A stretch of DNA of 64,000 nt from an uncultured candidate division WWE3 bacterium (GTDB taxonomy: Bacteria; Patescibacteriota; WWE3; UBA101185; UBA10185): positions 64,792 through 128,791 of the forward strand of contig CAVXUZ010000004.1 in the NCBI GenBank assembly GCA_963765125.1. The letters run 5' to 3'. Below the pieces are notes generated by a model. It had not been told where the DNA came from. It was given only the letters and a program-made list of their open reading frames with translations, and did not search any database. Both the position numbers and the translations under genes were made by a program. This document shows, piece by piece, positions 61,526 through 64,000 of the stretch. Position 1 is the first letter of the stretch. Each line of letters starts with the position of its first letter.

Positions 61526-63184
61526 TTACATCATTCCCGGCATTCCGCCCATTCCACCCATTCCACCGCCCGGCATTCCCCCTGCGTCATCGTTCTTTTT
61601 TGGTGCGTCTGCTATTAAGCACTCGGTTATTAAAACCATAGTCGCTGCAGAAACTGCATTTTGTAGTGCACTTCTGGTAACCTTTGCAGGATCTATAATC
61701 CCAGCGTCAATCATATTAACGTACTCCATAGAAACCACATCTAATCCGATGTTGGGATCCTTCTTTTCGGAGGTTAGGGCCTCTAGCTCAGCAAGAACCT
61801 TTCCTGCGTCGGCGCCGGCATTTTGGACGATTATTCTTGTTGGTTTTTCTAACGCTTCATAAAGTATTTTTGCTCCAGTTGCCTCATCACCATCAAGTTT
61901 AAGCTTCTTAATAACCTCTCTAGCACGAAGATAGGCAATTCCACCGCCTGCAACTACACCCTCTTCTACTGCGGCTCTTGTTGCGTTTACTGCGTCTTCA
62001 ACCCTTAGCTTCTTTTCTTTCATCTCAGCTTCAGTGGCAGCACCAACACTTATTTCTGCAACGCCGCCTGTTAATTTAGCCAGTCTTTCGTTTAACTTTT
62101 CTTTATCGTAGTCAGAAGTGGATTCATCCATCTGGGTTTCGATTTGTGCAACTCTTGCTTTAATTTCTTTTGTGTTGCCTTTTCCGCCTACAATCGTTGT
62201 GCTCTCTTTATCAGAAATTACTCTGTCAGCGCGTCCCAAATCTTCTACAGTCGCGGAGTCTAATTTTCTTCCCATTTCTTCGCTAATCATTGTCGCGCCG
62301 GTAAGAATGGCAATATCTTCGAGCATTGCTTTTCTACGGTCACCAAAACCTGGTGCTTTTACTGCGAGAACGTTGAATGTTCCTCTTATTTTATTTACAA
62401 CTAGAGTGGCCAAGAGCCTCGCCTTCAACATCTTCTGCAATTATCACGAGGTTTTTTGAGACTTTTACAAAACTTTCGAGCATGGGTAGCATTTCCTGAA
62501 GATTTGCTACTTTTTGATCAGTAACCAAGATGTACGGATCGTTTATTTCAGATTCCATCTTTTCGGCGTTTGTTACAAAGTAGGGTGATGCGTAGCCTTT
62601 ATCAAACTGCATACCTTCTTTGTATTCTAGTTCGATTACAAATCCTTTGCCTTCATTGACTGTAATAACGCCGTTATCGCCAACTTTTTCCATAGTTTCG
62701 GCGATTAGATTACCTATTTCTTTGCTTTGAGCTGAATTGCGCGCAATTTGTGCTTTTTCTTCTTTTGAAGAAATGTCTTTAGCAAGTTTTCCAATTTCCT
62801 CAATCACTGCTTTTGAAGCTTTTTCGAGACCTCCTCTTAAAATCATTGGATTTGCGCCTGCACTAATATTTCTCAAGCCGCTTTCGACTAAAGCCTGGGC
62901 TAATACTGTTGCGGTCGTTGTTCCATCACCTGCAACGTCATTGGTTTTGCTCGCAGCCTCTTTTACAATCTGAGCGCCCATATTTTCAAATTTGTCTTCA
63001 AGCTCAATTTCTTTGCAACGGTTACACCGTCGTTAACAACTTGAGGTGCTCCCCAGCTTTTATCGAGAGCAACATTTCTACCTTTTGCACCCAACGTTAC
63101 CGCTACTGCTTTTGCAAGTGCGTCAACACCTGCTTTTAATTTTTGTCTTGCTTCATCGCCATAAATAATATTTTTTGCTGACAT
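61526..63184 (-). CDS. groEL: chaperonin GroEL, interrupted by two 1-nt homopolymer indels (three ORF fragments)
   Basis: The fragments at 62963-63184, 62391-62981 and 61526-62440 are collinear with GroEL (N-terminus AKxIxYGDEAR, C-terminus [13 protein letters not shown]). Restoring one A at about 63008-63010 gives [17 protein letters not shown]. Removing one G/C at about 62408-62411 gives [13 protein letters not shown]. Confidence 0.85.
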
Positions 63185-63186
63185 AT

Positions 63187-63492
63187 TTATTTCTCCTTTA
63201 AATCCTCTACTATGGCTAAAACGTCTTCTTGTTTAACAAGAAGCATTTCTTTGCCATCAACTTTTATTTCGGTTCCGCCCCATTTTTTGTACATCACGAT
63301 GTCGCCTTTTTTTACGACCATCGCAACTTTTTTGCCGTCAGAGTCGGTTTTTCCTTCTCCAACAGCAATAACTTTACCTTCTTGAGGCTTTTCTTTCGCC
63401 GTATCAGGAATAACAATACCTGATGGCAAAGTTGTTTCTTTCGCTAAAGGCGCGATGAGCAGATTATCAAATAGTGGTTTTATTTTTTGCAT
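63187..63492 (-). CDS. groES: co-chaperonin GroES
   Basis: 101 aa with the [10 protein letters not shown]...[21 protein letters not shown] motif, directly upstream of groEL. Confidence 0.9.
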   Translation of the reverse strand: MQKIKPLFDNLLIAPLAKETTLPSGIVIPDTAKEKPQEGKVIAVGEGKTDSDGKKVAMVVKKGDIVMYKKWGGTEIKVDGKEMLLVKQEDVLAIVEDLKEK

Positions 63493-63610
63493 ATTATTAA
63501 TTTATTAAATTTGTACTTACTACACTATAACTTGGTGCTACTGTCGAATTCTATCATAATAGGTGGGGTGGTTCATATAGCTTAGTCTTGTGAAAAATAA
63601 GGAGCAAGGC

Positions 63611-64000
63611 TTATTTTACGTAAACCCTCATCAAACCTTCGCCAATTTTTTCTTGCTTAAATATTTGGAGCTTTCCAATTTCTGAAGTGTTTTTTACATG
63701 AGGTCCACCACAAAATTCTTTGCTTATTGCATTCTTTATAGAATCACCGACAAAATAAACTTTAACCTGAATCGCCATACTTTCCATTGAACTCATGCAT
63801 AGCTCCTGTTTCTTTTGCTTTCTCAGTTGGCATTATTTCAAAATTAACCGGAAGCCCAGCAGAAACCGCTTCGTTCATAATCTCTTCTACCTCTTTAATC
63901 TGCACATCACTTAATTTATCGCTGTGATTAAAATCAAATCTAAAACGCTCACCTGTGATGTTTGAGCCATGCTGTGTTATCTGGCCGCCTAAAACTTTAT
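63611..64000 (-). CDS. alanyl-tRNA synthetase or AlaX-type editing-domain protein (3' portion; the gene continues beyond the window), with a 1-nt frameshift
   Basis: Upstream frame reads ...VLGGQITQHGSNITGERFRFDFNHSDKLS...KYGDSG*, then ORF 63611-63796 reads ...VKVYFVGDS...CGGPHVKNTSEIG. Deleting one T near 63762-63764 joins them (KYGDQVKVYFVGD). Confidence 0.55.

Noticed and set aside
63493-63560. Possible CIRCE (HrcA operator) upstream of groES
   Set aside because: The best candidate, TAGCAC-N9-AGTGTAGTAA, matches only about two thirds of TTAGCACTC-N9-GAGTGCTAA and needs an extra base in the right half. That is not convincing without a scan of the whole genome for CIRCE-like sites.
1-64000. 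CRISPR arrays, diversity-generating retroelement, prophage or integrase, and IS elements
   Set aside because: No short regularly spaced direct repeats were seen. No reverse transcriptase, integrase or transposase motifs appear among the translated ORFs. The repeats found are intragenic protein-coding duplications or low-complexity regions.
1-64000. Alternative genetic code (UGA or UAA recoding) as the explanation for split genes
   Set aside because: Standard-code translation gives full-length DnaN, YidC, FtsE, MiaA, UXS and others. All but one of the disruptions are frame changes at homopolymers and not in-frame stops. The single in-frame TAA at 53708-53710 is reported separately.

Overview
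This window is AT-rich (by eye about 35-40% GC) and gene-dense. It carries a conserved housekeeping block, cell-envelope and glycan loci, and a type IV secretion-like module. By inference it resembles a reduced-genome Patescibacteria/CPR-like bacterium, on these grounds: a truncated TsaB, a short YidC, a sortase with LPXTG substrates, giant beta-helix surface proteins, and dnaN sitting after jag rather than after dnaA. The housekeeping block is rpmH-rnpA-yidD-yidC-jag-dnaN, with groES-groEL, miaA-miaB, tsaE-tsaB, ftsE-ftsX-pcsB-like, mltG, RNase P RNA and two tRNA-Pro genes elsewhere. The envelope loci comprise a UDP-glucuronate decarboxylase, a UDP-GlcA 4-epimerase-like enzyme, a GT2 polyprenyl-phosphate glycosyltransferase, a methyltransferase, a DUF2029-like GT-C, an epimerase::DUF4012-like fusion and a Wzz-like protein. 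There is also a sortase locus with a 1.5-kaa surface protein. Two giant paralogous beta-helix surface proteins are divergently oriented around a roughly 10 kb cassette, and one of them carries a 260-aa poly-Gly insertion. A secreted W-rich tandem-module repeat protein lies in that cassette. The most system-like unexplained feature is a Firmicute-type T4SS fragment: a VirB4 split by an in-frame TAA, plus a PrgI/VirB3-like protein fused to a coiled-coil and a CarbopepD-like beta-sandwich. Several genes (groEL twice, AlaRS/AlaX, the W-repeat protein, the PrgI-like fusion, and a fusion of two sortase-locus genes) carry single-base indels at homopolymers. This argues for assembly or sequencing errors, or alternatively pseudogenisation. 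No CRISPR array, integrase, transposase or reverse transcriptase was seen.
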